Part shown: one piece after another, positions 17,252 through 27,326 of the stretch
Layout of the letters: each line of letters starts with the position of its first letter
Position numbering within the stretch: the stretch's first letter is position 1
DNA from: Hydrotalea sp.
GTDB lineage: Bacteria > Pseudomonadota > Alphaproteobacteria > JASGCL01
Length of the DNA stretch: 57,073 bases
Assembly (NCBI GenBank): GCA_030054115.1
Contig: JASGCL010000007.1
Location: forward strand, 1-57,073
Direction of reading: 5' to 3'
The notes under the pieces: model-generated
Told to the model about the DNA's origin: nothing
Seen by the model: only the letters and a program-made list of their open reading frames with translations
Databases searched by the model: none
Program-made: the position numbers and the translations under genes

Positions 17252-18010
17252 TCAAGTTGTCATCGTCGTCGGTAGCGGCATTGTTTTTATCGCCGCGCTG
17301 GTTTCTTCATCCGTCGCGGGGCGCAGGACGCCGGGCGGCATGTTGCCGAGTATGAAACTGCCGTAACGCACGCGAATCAACCGCGACACCGGGTGACCTA
17401 GATATTCCATGATGCGTCTTATCTCGCGGTTTTTCCCCTCCAGCAATTCCATGTAAAGCCAACAATTTATTTTTTCCTTATCCTCAATTTTTGCCTTGAT
17501 GCCACGATAATGAAAATCATCTATCGTTATGCCACCAGCCAGTTTTTCCAATTCGGCCGGGTCGGGTTGGCCAAACACCCGCACGCGGTAACCGCGCATA
17601 ATTTCGCTCGACGGGTGCTCCCATTGGCGTTTAACCTCGCCATCGTTGGTCAGCAACAACAACCCCTCGCTATTGTAATCCAACCGGCCGATGGCCTTCA
17701 GGTTTTTTTTATCGGCCGGCAAAATATCGGCGATGCAGGCGCGTCCGCGGTCGTCGCTCATGCTGGTTATCATGCCGCGCGGTTTATGAAGCAGGTAAAA
17801 TTGCACCGGCTGTTTCGCCACCAACGGCGTGCCATCGACCATTATCTCATCGCCATCGCCCACCAAAAATGCCGGCGTGGTCAGCACCGCGCCGTTAACG
17901 GCAATGCGCCCCTGCAATATCATTTCCTCGGCCATGCGGCGCGACGCCACACCATGCCGCGATAATTTTTTGGCGATGCGCTCTTTTTTAATAATTGATT
18001 CTTCGCTCAT
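17252..18010 (-). CDS. rluB: pseudouridine synthase, RsuA/RluB family
   Basis: S4 domain (ERIAKKLSRHGVASRRMAEEMILQGRIAVNG) plus the catalytic IGRLDYNSEGLLLLTNDG. The ATG at 18010 overlaps the cbiB stop as ATGA. Confidence 0.8.
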   Translation of the reverse strand: MSEESIIKKERIAKKLSRHGVASRRMAEEMILQGRIAVNGAVLTTPAFLVGDGDEIMVDGTPLVAKQPVQFYLLHKPRGMITSMSDDRGRACIADILPADKKNLKAIGRLDYNSEGLLLLTNDGEVKRQWEHPSSEIMRGYRVRVFGQPDPAELEKLAGGITIDDFHYRGIKAKIEDKEKINCWLYMELLEGKNREIRRIMEYLGHPVSRLIRVRYGSFILGNMPPGVLRPATDEETSAAIKTMPLPTTMTT

Positions 18011-19089
18011 GCCACACCATAAAGCACCAAGGCCGATAACAACAGCAAAAAGGCAATGGCGGTTAAAATTAACCCACGCCAAATATCGCGCGCGCCCAAA
18101 TTGGCGCGGCCCAGCCCGATGGTGGTGGTTTTCACAATGCCGCCCGGGTAAACGCGCCGCCCACCCAGGGTTATCGCCATCAGGCCGGCCAAGGCGGCCT
18201 CCGGCCAGCCGCTGTTGGGTGATGAATGGTTGGGGGCGTGGCCGATGATGATGCCGATGGTTTTAAAAAACCGCCACGGCGCAAATAATAAACCGGCGCA
18301 CAAATAAAAAAACGCCGCCAAGCGCGCCGGCAAAAAATTTAACACATCGTCCAACCGCGCAGACGCCTTACCAAAATAAAAATATTGCTGGTTGGCGTAA
18401 CCAACCATGCTGTCGGCGGTGTTGACAATTTTATATAGCATCATGCCGGGCAGGCCGAATAAAAAATAAAAAAACATCGGCGCGACCACGCCGTCAGAAA
18501 AATTTTCGGACAGCGATTCCAACGCGGCACGGGCGACGCCGGCGCGGTCTAACTTTTTTGCATCGCGGCTGACAATTTTTTGCACTTGAGCTTGGCCAGC
18601 GGTAAGGTTTTTTTCTAAACCCCGCGCCACCGCCGCAACATGGATGAATAAACTGCCCCCCGCCAGCATGAATGCAACCATGATAACCTCCACCACCGCC
18701 GGCAGGGTGATAAAACATAAACCAACCGCCGGCGCAATGGCCAGGATAATATAAACAACCCCCGCCATAAATTGCCGCAGGTTAGCGCGCCTAGGATTAC
18801 CATGGTTGTTTTTTATTTTGGCTGGCGCGGCGCGATAAAGTATTTTTTCCAACAACAGCAACCACCAACCAATCACCATCACCGGGTGTAAAAAAAACTT
18901 GGCCAACATACGGTGCGTGCCCGCCCACCAATAAACCATGGCCAATAGCAATTCCAAACCACTACCAATGACCACCACCAACCCCGCCATACCACCCACC
19001 AAAAATAGCGGCGGCAAATGAAAAAAAGGCAAGGAAGACAACATAAGACAAGTATTTTTTAAGCGCGGATTCCAGCGGTTTTCCATCAA
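18007..19089 (-). CDS. cbiB: CobD/CbiB family adenosylcobinamide-phosphate synthase
   Basis: SENFSDGVVAPMFFYFLFGLPGMMLYKIVNTADSMVGY and NHSSPNSGWPEAALAG match the CbiB signature. The true start is possibly internal (M16 or M34). Confidence 0.8.
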   Translation of the reverse strand: MMENRWNPRLKNTCLMLSSLPFFHLPPLFLVGGMAGLVVVIGSGLELLLAMVYWWAGTHRMLAKFFLHPVMVIGWWLLLLEKILYRAAPAKIKNNHGNPRRANLRQFMAGVVYIILAIAPAVGLCFITLPAVVEVIMVAFMLAGGSLFIHVAAVARGLEKNLTAGQAQVQKIVSRDAKKLDRAGVARAALESLSENFSDGVVAPMFFYFLFGLPGMMLYKIVNTADSMVGYANQQYFYFGKASARLDDVLNFLPARLAAFFYLCAGLLFAPWRFFKTIGIIIGHAPNHSSPNSGWPEAALAGLMAITLGGRRVYPGGIVKTTTIGLGRANLGARDIWRGLILTAIAFLLLLSALVLYGVA

Positions 19090-19212
19090 GATTTTTGAGC
19101 GGTTTTGATAGAAAACCCAGTGATTTATTGCTATAGATTATTTTGACAAACCGCGCCATGGAAAAGCCCATAGAAAAGCCAATGTAAAAGCCAATAACGC
19201 CAACAATCCTGC

Positions 19213-20529
19213 ATGCAAAAAATCATCGCTTTTTTTAAAAAAATACCCCGCGCCTTACGGCTTGGCACTGCCGCGTCATTCATGGGGTTTGCATTTTACA
19301 TGGCCTTTCGCCTGTTGCGCGGCGGGCACAGCAAGCGCGGTATTATTTCTTTGACCTCGTGGTTTTCGATGCTCGGCATCATGCTGGGGGTTGGCGCATT
19401 AATTGTCGTCATGTCGATTATGAATGGTTTTCGCATCGAACTCATCGACCGGATATTGGGTATTTCATCGCATGTGCAGATTTATGAAAAACATGGCGAC
19501 TTGCTTGATAACACCGCGGGCAACGCCTTCACCGCCCTGCCCGGTATAATATCGGTCAGCGCGGTTAATGAATCCCAGGCGGTGTTGATTCGCGACCAAA
19601 CGGCCTCGGCATTACTGATTCGCAGTTTAAGCGGTCAAGATATTGTCAAACGCTCGGTGTTCCGTGATTCGCTCACGCCGGACAGCCTGCCGTGGAGAAG
19701 TTTTGACCGAGGGGACGGCGTTGTCATCGGTGCCGGCCTGGCCAATGCCTACAATATCGAAATCGGCGATAAAATAACGCTGGTGCCGCCTTACCTAACC
19801 GAATCGAAGGTTGGTCTCCTGCCAAATCCCAAAGAATATAAAGTCATCGGCATTTTCCATATCGGCATGAATGATTACGACCGCAACATTGTTTTCATGC
19901 CGCCGAAAATTGCCAGCGGTTTCATGCGCCAGGGCGATGGCCAGGTGCAAAAGCTGGAAATCATGATTCAAAAACCCGGCGAAAGCAAAGAATTTTTAAA
20001 AATGCTAAAACCAAAACTTGCCGATAACGAGGTCGCGCTCGATTGGCAAAGCAACAACGCGCAATTGGTGTCGAGCCTGAAGGTCGAAAGCAACGTGATG
20101 TTTTTAATCTTGACGATGATAATTATGGTTGCGGCCTTTAACGTCGTCTCCGGCCAATCGATGTTGGTGAAGGAAAAAAAATCGACCATCGCCATCGTCC
20201 GCGCGACCGGTGGCAGTCGTTGGCTGGTGATGACGATATTCCTCATCGCCGGCTCATCGCTCGGCATTATCGGCACGTGCCTTGGCACGTTATTCGGTGT
20301 GTTAATCGCCAGCCACGCCGAGGCCATCCGCCAATTTATACAAAAATTAAGCGGCACGCCAATTTTCAGCCCGGAGGTTTACTACCTCACCCAATTGCCG
20401 TCAAAAATTATTGTCTCGGATGTGATTCTTATCAATTGTTTGGCCCTGATGATTTCTATCCTCGCCGCCCTGTGGCCGGCCATCAACGCCAGCCGATTAC
20501 CACCCGCCGATATTTTGCGTCACGAATAA
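19213..20529 (+). CDS. lolC: lipoprotein-releasing ABC transporter permease LolC/LolE
   Basis: MacB/FtsX-type topology with a periplasmic domain and a C-terminal FtsX domain. It is directly followed by lolD. Confidence 0.85.
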   Translation: MQKIIAFFKKIPRALRLGTAASFMGFAFYMAFRLLRGGHSKRGIISLTSWFSMLGIMLGVGALIVVMSIMNGFRIELIDRILGISSHVQIYEKHGDLLDNTAGNAFTALPGIISVSAVNESQAVLIRDQTASALLIRSLSGQDIVKRSVFRDSLTPDSLPWRSFDRGDGVVIGAGLANAYNIEIGDKITLVPPYLTESKVGLLPNPKEYKVIGIFHIGMNDYDRNIVFMPPKIASGFMRQGDGQVQKLEIMIQKPGESKEFLKMLKPKLADNEVALDWQSNNAQLVSSLKVESNVMFLILTMIIMVAAFNVVSGQSMLVKEKKSTIAIVRATGGSRWLVMTIFLIAGSSLGIIGTCLGTLFGVLIASHAEAIRQFIQKLSGTPIFSPEVYYLTQLPSKIIVSDVILINCLALMISILAALWPAINASRLPPADILRHE

Positions 20530-20545
20530 TGGAAAAAAATAATAA

Positions 20546-21250
20546 ATGAGCCAGAATAAAAAAATGTCAGCCCCAACCATCCTAGAGGTAAAAAATTTAA
20601 ACCACGAGTTCTCGCTCGGCGGTGAAAAAATTTCGCTGTTCAAAAACCTCAACCTAAAATTAAAGGCCGGCGACGCGGTGGCGTTGCTCGGCGCGTCGGG
20701 CGCGGGGAAAACGACCCTGCTTAACCTGCTGGGGCTGATGGCCAATGTGCAAAGCGGTGCGATTTTGTTGCATGGTAAAAACACCAGCAATTTTAACGAA
20801 GCGGCCAAAAACAATTGGCGCGGCCACACCATCGGTTTTGTGTTTCAACATCATTATTTGATTGATGAATTGACCGCGCTGGAAAATGTCGCAATGCCGT
20901 TGCTGGTGCTGAAGAAAAAAAGAAGATTTGCCACCGACCGCGCCACCGCCCTGTTGCAACGGGTTGGGCTGGGCGCGCGATTGCGCCATTACCCGGCGCA
21001 ATTATCGGGCGGTGAACGGCAACGCGTCGCCCTGGCGCGGGCGTTGGTGCATGAACCAACATTGTTGTTGGCTGACGAGCCAACCGGTAACCTCGACCCC
21101 GAAAACGCCGACAAGGTTTTTAATATCCTGCTGAAGGAAATCGCCAGCCGCAACATGGCCGCTATCATTGCGACCCATGATTGGCAACGCGCCAAACAGC
21201 TTAAAAAACAATTATTGATTAAGGATAAAAAATTGCTCGGCGGCAATTAA
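20546..21250 (+). CDS. lolD: lipoprotein-releasing ABC transporter ATP-binding protein
   Basis: Walker A GASGAGKTT, LSGGERQRVALARAL and LLLADEPTGNLD are present. Confidence 0.85.
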   Translation: MSQNKKMSAPTILEVKNLNHEFSLGGEKISLFKNLNLKLKAGDAVALLGASGAGKTTLLNLLGLMANVQSGAILLHGKNTSNFNEAAKNNWRGHTIGFVFQHHYLIDELTALENVAMPLLVLKKKRRFATDRATALLQRVGLGARLRHYPAQLSGGERQRVALARALVHEPTLLLADEPTGNLDPENADKVFNILLKEIASRNMAAIIATHDWQRAKQLKKQLLIKDKKLLGGN

Positions 21251-21374
21251 GCAAAAAATTATCGCCCAAAAAGCCGCTGCGCTTTAGGCCAAGGTTGCCC
21301 CCGCAAAACCTCATTTCCATCGCAATTGTCGCTTTATTATGCCACTTGAATATGATATGGAAATAAGTTATCAA

Positions 21375-21461
21375 GCCCAGATGGCGGAATTGGTAGACGC
21401 GCAAGTTTCAGGTACTTGTGGTGGCAACATCGTGGAAGTTCGAGTCTTCTTCTGGGCACCA
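21375..21461 (+). tRNA. tRNA-Leu (anticodon CAG), CCA encoded
   Basis: Acceptor stem GCCCAGA/TCTGGGC. Anticodon stem CAAGT/ACTTG with loop TTCAGGT. There is a long variable arm, T-loop GGAAGTTCGAGTCTTCT and a 3' ACCA. Confidence 0.9.
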
Positions 21462-21520
21462 TAATGGACAATATCATCCAACCAGCAACAACATTTAAAC
21501 CCTAAGCTAAAAAAACTAAC

Positions 21521-22537
21521 ATGACCGACGTATTTTTTCCCGTTATCGACAGCCAACAGGGGCCCGAAAATGCCATCGACATCAGCGGGCTTTGCAAATC
21601 CTATAAAAAGCGCAAGGGCGCGCCCGAGGTCACTGCGCTGGATAATGTTTCGCTGAAAATAAAACGCGGCAGTATTTCCGCGCTCCTCGGCCCGAACGGC
21701 GCGGGGAAATCGACCCTTATCAATATCTTGGGCGGGCTGACAATGAAAACCTCGGGGTCGGTTAAAATATGGGGCATCGATATTGATAAGGACGCGCGCA
21801 ACGCCCGCGCCGCCATCGGCATTGTGCCGCAAGAATTAAACATCGACCCATTTTTTGTGCCCGACGAATTGTTGGAATTGCAAGCTGGCCTCTATGGCAT
21901 TAAGAAAAAAGACCGCCACACCATGGAAATTTTGGACATGGTGGGGCTCAAGGATAAGGCCAAAACCTACGCACGGAATTTATCGGGTGGCATGCGCCGC
22001 CGATTGCTGGTGGCCAAGGCGATGGTCCACAACCCACCAATTTTGGTGTTGGACGAACCAACCGCCGGCGTCGATATCGACCTGCGCCGCCAATTGTGGG
22101 ATAATGTGCGCGCCCTGAATAAAAACGGCGTGACGATTCTGCTCACCACTCATTATTTGGAGGAAGCCGAAGAATTATGCGACGACATTGCCATCATCGA
22201 TAAGGGGAAATTATTGGTGCATGAGAAAAAAGACATCTTGTTAAAAAAACTCGATGCAAAAAGCCTGCAATTTGTTTTGTCCGCGCCCTTACCGGCCGAG
22301 GCCGCTATTTTACAACAATTTTCTTGCCAACAAACCGCGACCGATGATGGTTTCCTGCTCAAGGTTTCCTATAAACCGAGCGACCATTCGGCGGGCGAAA
22401 TTGTTGATATTATCAAGAACCAACAACAGGTTGTGATAAAAGACATCACCAGCCAAGAATCAGATTTGGAGGATATCTTCCTGCAATTAACCAGGAAGGT
22501 TCCACCGCCATCATCCCCCGACCAACCGCAAGCATGA
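21521..22537 (+). CDS. ABC-2 type transporter ATP-binding protein (no adjacent permease)
   Basis: GPNGAGKST, LSGGMRRRL and ILVLDEPTAGVD are present. The stop overlaps the degP start as ATGA. Confidence 0.8.
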   Translation: MTDVFFPVIDSQQGPENAIDISGLCKSYKKRKGAPEVTALDNVSLKIKRGSISALLGPNGAGKSTLINILGGLTMKTSGSVKIWGIDIDKDARNARAAIGIVPQELNIDPFFVPDELLELQAGLYGIKKKDRHTMEILDMVGLKDKAKTYARNLSGGMRRRLLVAKAMVHNPPILVLDEPTAGVDIDLRRQLWDNVRALNKNGVTILLTTHYLEEAEELCDDIAIIDKGKLLVHEKKDILLKKLDAKSLQFVLSAPLPAEAAILQQFSCQQTATDDGFLLKVSYKPSDHSAGEIVDIIKNQQQVVIKDITSQESDLEDIFLQLTRKVPPPSSPDQPQA

Positions 22538-24147
22538 CGCAACAAAAAACCACTTCCCCGCGCCGCAACGCTGGCCAGCGATGCCTGATAAGCCTGATGC
22601 TGGTTGGTTTTTTTTATCTAGCTGGGATTTTTTTTTCTGCTGATTTTTTTGCACAACCCGCGATAGGGCAAACCGCAACCCCCGCGACCTCCCCCAGCAA
22701 CAAGACCCAACTGGCCAAAACATCGGGCTATGTGGGGAGCAATCGCATCCCCAACGATGAGGGCTTCGCCGATTTGGTGGCAAAATTATCACCCGCGGTG
22801 GTTAATATCAGAAGCCTGCAAACCGAGGTCATCAAGTCTGGCGATGCCGGCGTCCCCCCCGAATTGCAAGAGTTGTTTAAACATTTTGGCTACACCCCGC
22901 CCGACAATTATGACAAGAAAGGTGGCAAACCGCAAAAACGCACCATCGCCGGCATTGGCTCGGGGTTTTTAATATCGAAGGATGGTCTGGTCGTCACCAA
23001 TAACCATGTTATCCAAAACGCCAGCGAGGTTCGTGTTACCCTGTCGAACGACCGGAGCTATGTTGCTAAGGTTATCGGCCGAGATGACCGCACCGATGTT
23101 GCCTTGCTAAAAATTAACGGCACCAACCTGCCCCATGTGACATTTGGTAATTCTGACAAATTGCGGGTTGGCAATTGGGTTATCGCCATCGGTAACCCTA
23201 TCGGCCTGGGCGGGTCGGTATCGGTCGGCATTGTGTCGGCGCTGGGGCGCAATATCGGCGCCGGCCAATATGACGATTTTATCCAAACCGATGCCGCCAT
23301 CAACCGTGGCAATTCGGGCGGCCCGCTGTTTAATATCAAGGGCGAGGTGGTTGGCATCAACAGCATTATCTATTCCGAAACCGGCGGCAACATCGGCATC
23401 GGTTTTGCCATTCCCGCCAACCAAGCTATCGATGTTATCGAGCAAATAAAACGTTACGGCAGTCCACGCCGCAGTTGGCTGGGGGTCGCCCTGCAAGAGG
23501 TCGACGAGGACATGGCACAGCAATTTGGCCTAACCAACAGCCCGCGCGGCGCGTTGATTGTCGGCGTTGTCGATAAAAGCCCGGCCGCCACCGCTGGGCT
23601 TAAAATCGGCGACATCATTTTAAAAATCGATAACCAAGAGGTAAAAAAATCGCAAAACCTGCCACGAATTGTCGCCAGCGAAAAAAGCGGCAAGGCGGTC
23701 AACCTGACCATTTGGCGAAACAAGCAAATTGTCACCAAAAATATTGTGCTATCACTGCTCAACCGTAGCGACGATGATATCAACAAAAGTGCCATGACGG
23801 TATTTAAAAAGATTCAGGGCGGCGGTATAGTCATCGACAACCTCGGCTTTGCCATCAGAAATATTACCGACCAAGATCGTGCCATCTTATACCTCTCCAG
23901 CGATTTACCCGGCGTGCTTATCTCGGCCTTCACCAACGATGCCAATAAAAACAAGGGCGATAGCATCGCCAACGATGTCATGATTGGCACGCTGATTTTA
24001 TCAATCGATGGCCAAACCGCCAGCAATGCCGAATTGGCCGCCGCGCAATTAAAAAAACTTATCCTCAGCAAGAAACCCTTCCCAATGTTTATTTTTGTCC
24101 CGGGCAGTGGTTTTGCCCTGGTAAAAATTGACCCAACCCAAAATTAA
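22534..24147 (+). CDS. degP: Do/DegP/HtrA family periplasmic serine protease with two PDZ domains
   Basis: The catalytic triad contexts TNNHV, DVALLKI and GNSGGPLF are present. The N-terminus is signal-like and there are two PDZ-length C-terminal segments. Confidence 0.9.
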   Translation: MTQQKTTSPRRNAGQRCLISLMLVGFFYLAGIFFSADFFAQPAIGQTATPATSPSNKTQLAKTSGYVGSNRIPNDEGFADLVAKLSPAVVNIRSLQTEVIKSGDAGVPPELQELFKHFGYTPPDNYDKKGGKPQKRTIAGIGSGFLISKDGLVVTNNHVIQNASEVRVTLSNDRSYVAKVIGRDDRTDVALLKINGTNLPHVTFGNSDKLRVGNWVIAIGNPIGLGGSVSVGIVSALGRNIGAGQYDDFIQTDAAINRGNSGGPLFNIKGEVVGINSIIYSETGGNIGIGFAIPANQAIDVIEQIKRYGSPRRSWLGVALQEVDEDMAQQFGLTNSPRGALIVGVVDKSPAATAGLKIGDIILKIDNQEVKKSQNLPRIVASEKSGKAVNLTIWRNKQIVTKNIVLSLLNRSDDDINKSAMTVFKKIQGGGIVIDNLGFAIRNITDQDRAILYLSSDLPGVLISAFTNDANKNKGDSIANDVMIGTLILSIDGQTASNAELAAAQLKKLILSKKPFPMFIFVPGSGFALVKIDPTQN

Positions 24148-24150
24148 ATC

Positions 24151-25038
24151 ATGCTTAAAAAAATATTCTCCCTACCCCGCACCCTATTGTTATTGATGCT
24201 GTTGGCGTTTTTGCCGGCCTGCGCCAACGACACGCCACCACTCAACGGCGGCACGGCGGAGGATACCTACAACCTCGGCATCGGCCTTTATCGCGACGGC
24301 AATTTTGTCCAGGCCGCCAAAACCTTTGAAACCATCCCTTATAATTTCCCCTATTCCAAGGCGGTAAAGAATTCTTACATCATGGCGGCCTATAGTTATT
24401 ACCAAGCGCAAGACCAGGTCAATGCTGGTGCCTTGGTCGATGTTTTTTTAAGCCTTTACCCCAGCGACAACTTATCGTCCTACGCCCTTTACCTGCGCGG
24501 CATGTCCTATTTTGAGCAGATAGAAGACGCGCGCCGCGACCAATCGCTAACCGAGGAATCGCTAAAGAGCTTCAACCAACTAATTACCAGTTTCCCCAAC
24601 ACCATCTATGCCAAGGATGCCGCCAGCAAGCGCGGCCTTCTGCTTGACCAATTGGCCGCCAAGGAAATGAACGTCGGTCGGTTTTATTTAAATCGCGGCG
24701 AAAGCACCGCGGCCATCAACCGATTTAAAACCGTTATCGATAGTTATGGCCAAACCAGCGCGGTGCCCGAGGCCTTGGCGCGGCTGGTCGAAATCTACAC
24801 CATGGCGGGGGTAAAGGACGAGGCGCAACGTTACGCCGCCCTGTTGGGCAAAAATTACCCGGCCTCGCCCTGGTATCGTTATAGTTACGACCTGGTGATG
24901 AAAAATAAAAAAGCCACCCCACCGGCGACTCGCCCCGACAAGCCATTGGACAAAACCAAACCAAATAAAAAAATTATCACCCCACCCAGCACCTTACCCA
25001 CCAAGCCGTCCAACAGCCAAACGCCAGGCGCGCAGTAA
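24151..25038 (+). CDS. bamD: outer membrane protein assembly factor BamD (YfiO), lipoprotein
   Basis: Lipobox LAFLPAC is followed by TPR-like repeats with the typical BamD layout. A Pro/Thr/Lys-rich C-terminal tail is present. Confidence 0.8.
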   Translation: MLKKIFSLPRTLLLLMLLAFLPACANDTPPLNGGTAEDTYNLGIGLYRDGNFVQAAKTFETIPYNFPYSKAVKNSYIMAAYSYYQAQDQVNAGALVDVFLSLYPSDNLSSYALYLRGMSYFEQIEDARRDQSLTEESLKSFNQLITSFPNTIYAKDAASKRGLLLDQLAAKEMNVGRFYLNRGESTAAINRFKTVIDSYGQTSAVPEALARLVEIYTMAGVKDEAQRYAALLGKNYPASPWYRYSYDLVMKNKKATPPATRPDKPLDKTKPNKKIITPPSTLPTKPSNSQTPGAQ

Positions 25039-25176
25039 AATAAGGCGCGGGTGGGCGGCGATTCAAATCTTGCCCCAAAATTGCCACCAATTACCGATAA
25101 GAAAAAAGCAAAATTGGGGATTGAAGCCACCGCAAGAATCAGTATAACTATCGGCAATATAACCATCCGATAAACA

Positions 25177-26835
25177 ATGCTTAGAACCCTTACCATTCAA
25201 AACTTAGTCATCATCGACCAGGTTGATATCGATTTTCAATCTGGCCTGAATGTTTTGACCGGCGAAACCGGTGCCGGCAAATCCATTTTGTTGCAGGCCA
25301 TTATGATGGTGCTGGGGGAAAAAATCGAAAGCCGTATTATCCAGGCTGGCAAGGATTCATGCAACGTAACCGCCGAATTTTCATTTAACATCATTTCGCC
25401 CAACCTGAAAAACCTGGCCGAAACCCATGAATTCCCGCTGGATGAAAAAAGCAAGAACCTTACCATCCGCCGAACCCTGAAAAAAGATGGCAAAAGCAAA
25501 TGTTGGATAAATGACACGCTGGTCGGCATCACGGTGTTGCAACAATTGGCCGCCGAATTGGTCGAGATTGAGGCGCAGGGGCAAAGCCACCGCCTGACGC
25601 GGGTCGAAAGCCACCGCGATTTGCTGGATGATTACGGCAAACATAAAAAAATTCTCGACGCGCTGGCCGGCGATTATAAACATTGGCAAGATTTGCTGGG
25701 CGAAAAAACCACCTTGGAAAATGAAATAAAAAAATCAATCGCCGACCGCGAATACCTGCGCAACGCAAAAAAAGAATTGGAGGCATTGAACATCAACCCC
25801 GATGAGGTAAAAGAATTAGAAGAAAAACGCCGCGCCCTGCAATCGGCCGAAAAAACCATCGCCGCCTTGCAGGAAATCATCGGCTATTTTAACGACCGCA
25901 ACGGCATCATGGCCGAGGGGTTGAAGGTATCAAAATTATTGTCGCGCATGGCGGGCGATAAAAAAAACCTGAGTGCGGCGGCGGATGCGATGGACAGCGG
26001 CCTGACCCATTTGCAAACCGCGCAGGATTTATTGGAAAAAGAATTGAACGATGTCGCCAGCCCCGATTGGTCGTTGCCGGAGATTGAGGATAGGCTGTTC
26101 GCGCTGAAAGACATCGGTCGAAAATACCGCCGGCCGGTCGAGGATTTGGGAAATTATTTGGAAGAAATTAATAGCCAATTGGAGGGCAGTAACCAGCAAG
26201 CAAAAAAATTAGAAAATATCATGGCCGATATAAAAATTGCTGAAAAAAAATATTATGCCACCGCCGAAACCCTGACCGCGTCGCGCAAAAAATCCGCTAT
26301 CGATTTAACCGACCATGTCATGGCGGTCTTGCCCGATTTGAAATTGCCCCACGCCAGTTTTCACATCGATTTCTTGCCGCTTGATAACCCGTCGAACAAA
26401 GGTGTCGAGAAAATTCAATTTCTTTGCCAAACCAACCCGGGGCAGAATAAAGATTTACTTCACAAAATTGCCTCGGGCGGGGAATTGGCGCGGTTTTTAT
26501 TGGCTATCGAACAGGCGATTGGTGCCGGCGTCGATTGCCTGGTGTTTGACGAGGTCGATAGCGGGGTCGGCGGCGCAACCGCCGACGCGGTTGGAAAATT
26601 ATTATTAAAATTGAGCACGCAACAACAATGTTTTGTCATCACCCATTCGCCGCAGGTGGCGGCCATCGGCAAGCACCATTTCCGTGTTGAAAAAATAATA
26701 AACAAAGGCAAAACCACCTCGTCGGTAAAAAAACTAAACCCCGAGGAACGAGTCATGGAAATTGCCCGCATGCTGTCGGCCGAAAGCATCACCAAGGAGG
26801 CCGAAGCCCAAGCCAAACAATTGCTCGGCCGATAA
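25177..26835 (+). CDS. recN: DNA repair protein RecN
   Basis: SMC-like architecture: N-terminal Walker A GETGAGKS, a long coiled coil, C-terminal SGGELARFLLA and VFDEVDSGVGG. Confidence 0.9.
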   Translation: MLRTLTIQNLVIIDQVDIDFQSGLNVLTGETGAGKSILLQAIMMVLGEKIESRIIQAGKDSCNVTAEFSFNIISPNLKNLAETHEFPLDEKSKNLTIRRTLKKDGKSKCWINDTLVGITVLQQLAAELVEIEAQGQSHRLTRVESHRDLLDDYGKHKKILDALAGDYKHWQDLLGEKTTLENEIKKSIADREYLRNAKKELEALNINPDEVKELEEKRRALQSAEKTIAALQEIIGYFNDRNGIMAEGLKVSKLLSRMAGDKKNLSAAADAMDSGLTHLQTAQDLLEKELNDVASPDWSLPEIEDRLFALKDIGRKYRRPVEDLGNYLEEINSQLEGSNQQAKKLENIMADIKIAEKKYYATAETLTASRKKSAIDLTDHVMAVLPDLKLPHASFHIDFLPLDNPSNKGVEKIQFLCQTNPGQNKDLLHKIASGGELARFLLAIEQAIGAGVDCLVFDEVDSGVGGATADAVGKLLLKLSTQQQCFVITHSPQVAAIGKHHFRVEKIINKGKTTSSVKKLNPEERVMEIARMLSAESITKEAEAQAKQLLGR

Positions 26836-26877
26836 CACACGGCCGATAATTTTTTGCCCGATAATTTTTTGGCCAAA

Positions 26878-26914
26878 AAAAATCCCCCGTTGATAATATC
26901 AAGCGGGGGATTTT
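26878..26914. terminator. hairpin between convergent recN and the small basic ORF (candidate bidirectional terminator)
   Basis: The sequence AAAAATCCCCCGTTGATAATATCAAGCGGGGGATTTT has a GC-rich stem ATCCCCCG/CGGGGGAT, with an A-run on the 5' side and a T-run on the 3' side. Confidence 0.55.
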
Positions 26915-26934
26915 AATATCGTTTTTAGAAAAAA

Positions 26935-27093
26935 CTAACGACGTTTAGAAGTCTTCTTCTTAGAAGTTGTTTTCTTCTTAGAAGCCGTTTTTTTCATCGG
27001 TTTCTTCTTCGCGCCGGTTGAAGATTTTTTCTTCATCGGTTTTTTCTTCGCGCCAGTCATAGACATAAGACTGGACATGATTGATTTAGCCAT
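26935..27093 (-). CDS. small lysine-rich basic protein (52 aa), not in the ORF track
   Basis: My translation is MAKSIMSSLMSMTGAKKKPMKKKSSTGAKKKPMKKTASKKKTTSKKKTSKRR*. AAAGGAAA lies 7 nt upstream of the ATG. An internal 39-nt in-frame duplication is present (26995..27015 versus 27034..27054). A terminator hairpin lies downstream. Confidence 0.45.
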   Translation of the reverse strand: MAKSIMSSLMSMTGAKKKPMKKKSSTGAKKKPMKKTASKKKTTSKKKTSKRR

Positions 27094-27326
27094 GATAATT
27101 TTCCTTTCATGTTACTAAAAAGTTGTTATTGAGACTAGATTTCTGCAATTTTCTTGCCAAACATATTATTTTTTTTCATAAACAACATGCGTTAAAAATC
27201 AAAACCCTCCCTCAACGTTCGGCATTGCTGTAACATGATTCGCTCAATGTAAACAAGTTATTTTATAAATTAAAATTTCTGTCATTTACCGCAATAGTTT
27301 GATAAAAACAGGTCTATAACCAGCAA

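Noticed and set aside
21371-21832. 153-aa ORF on the minus strand
   Set aside because: It overlaps tRNA-Leu and runs antisense to the ABC ATPase gene.
27094-27326. Possible purine/ZTP riboswitch upstream of purD
   Set aside because: I could not find the conserved cores of the purine or ZTP (pfl) motifs. The region is simply AT-rich.
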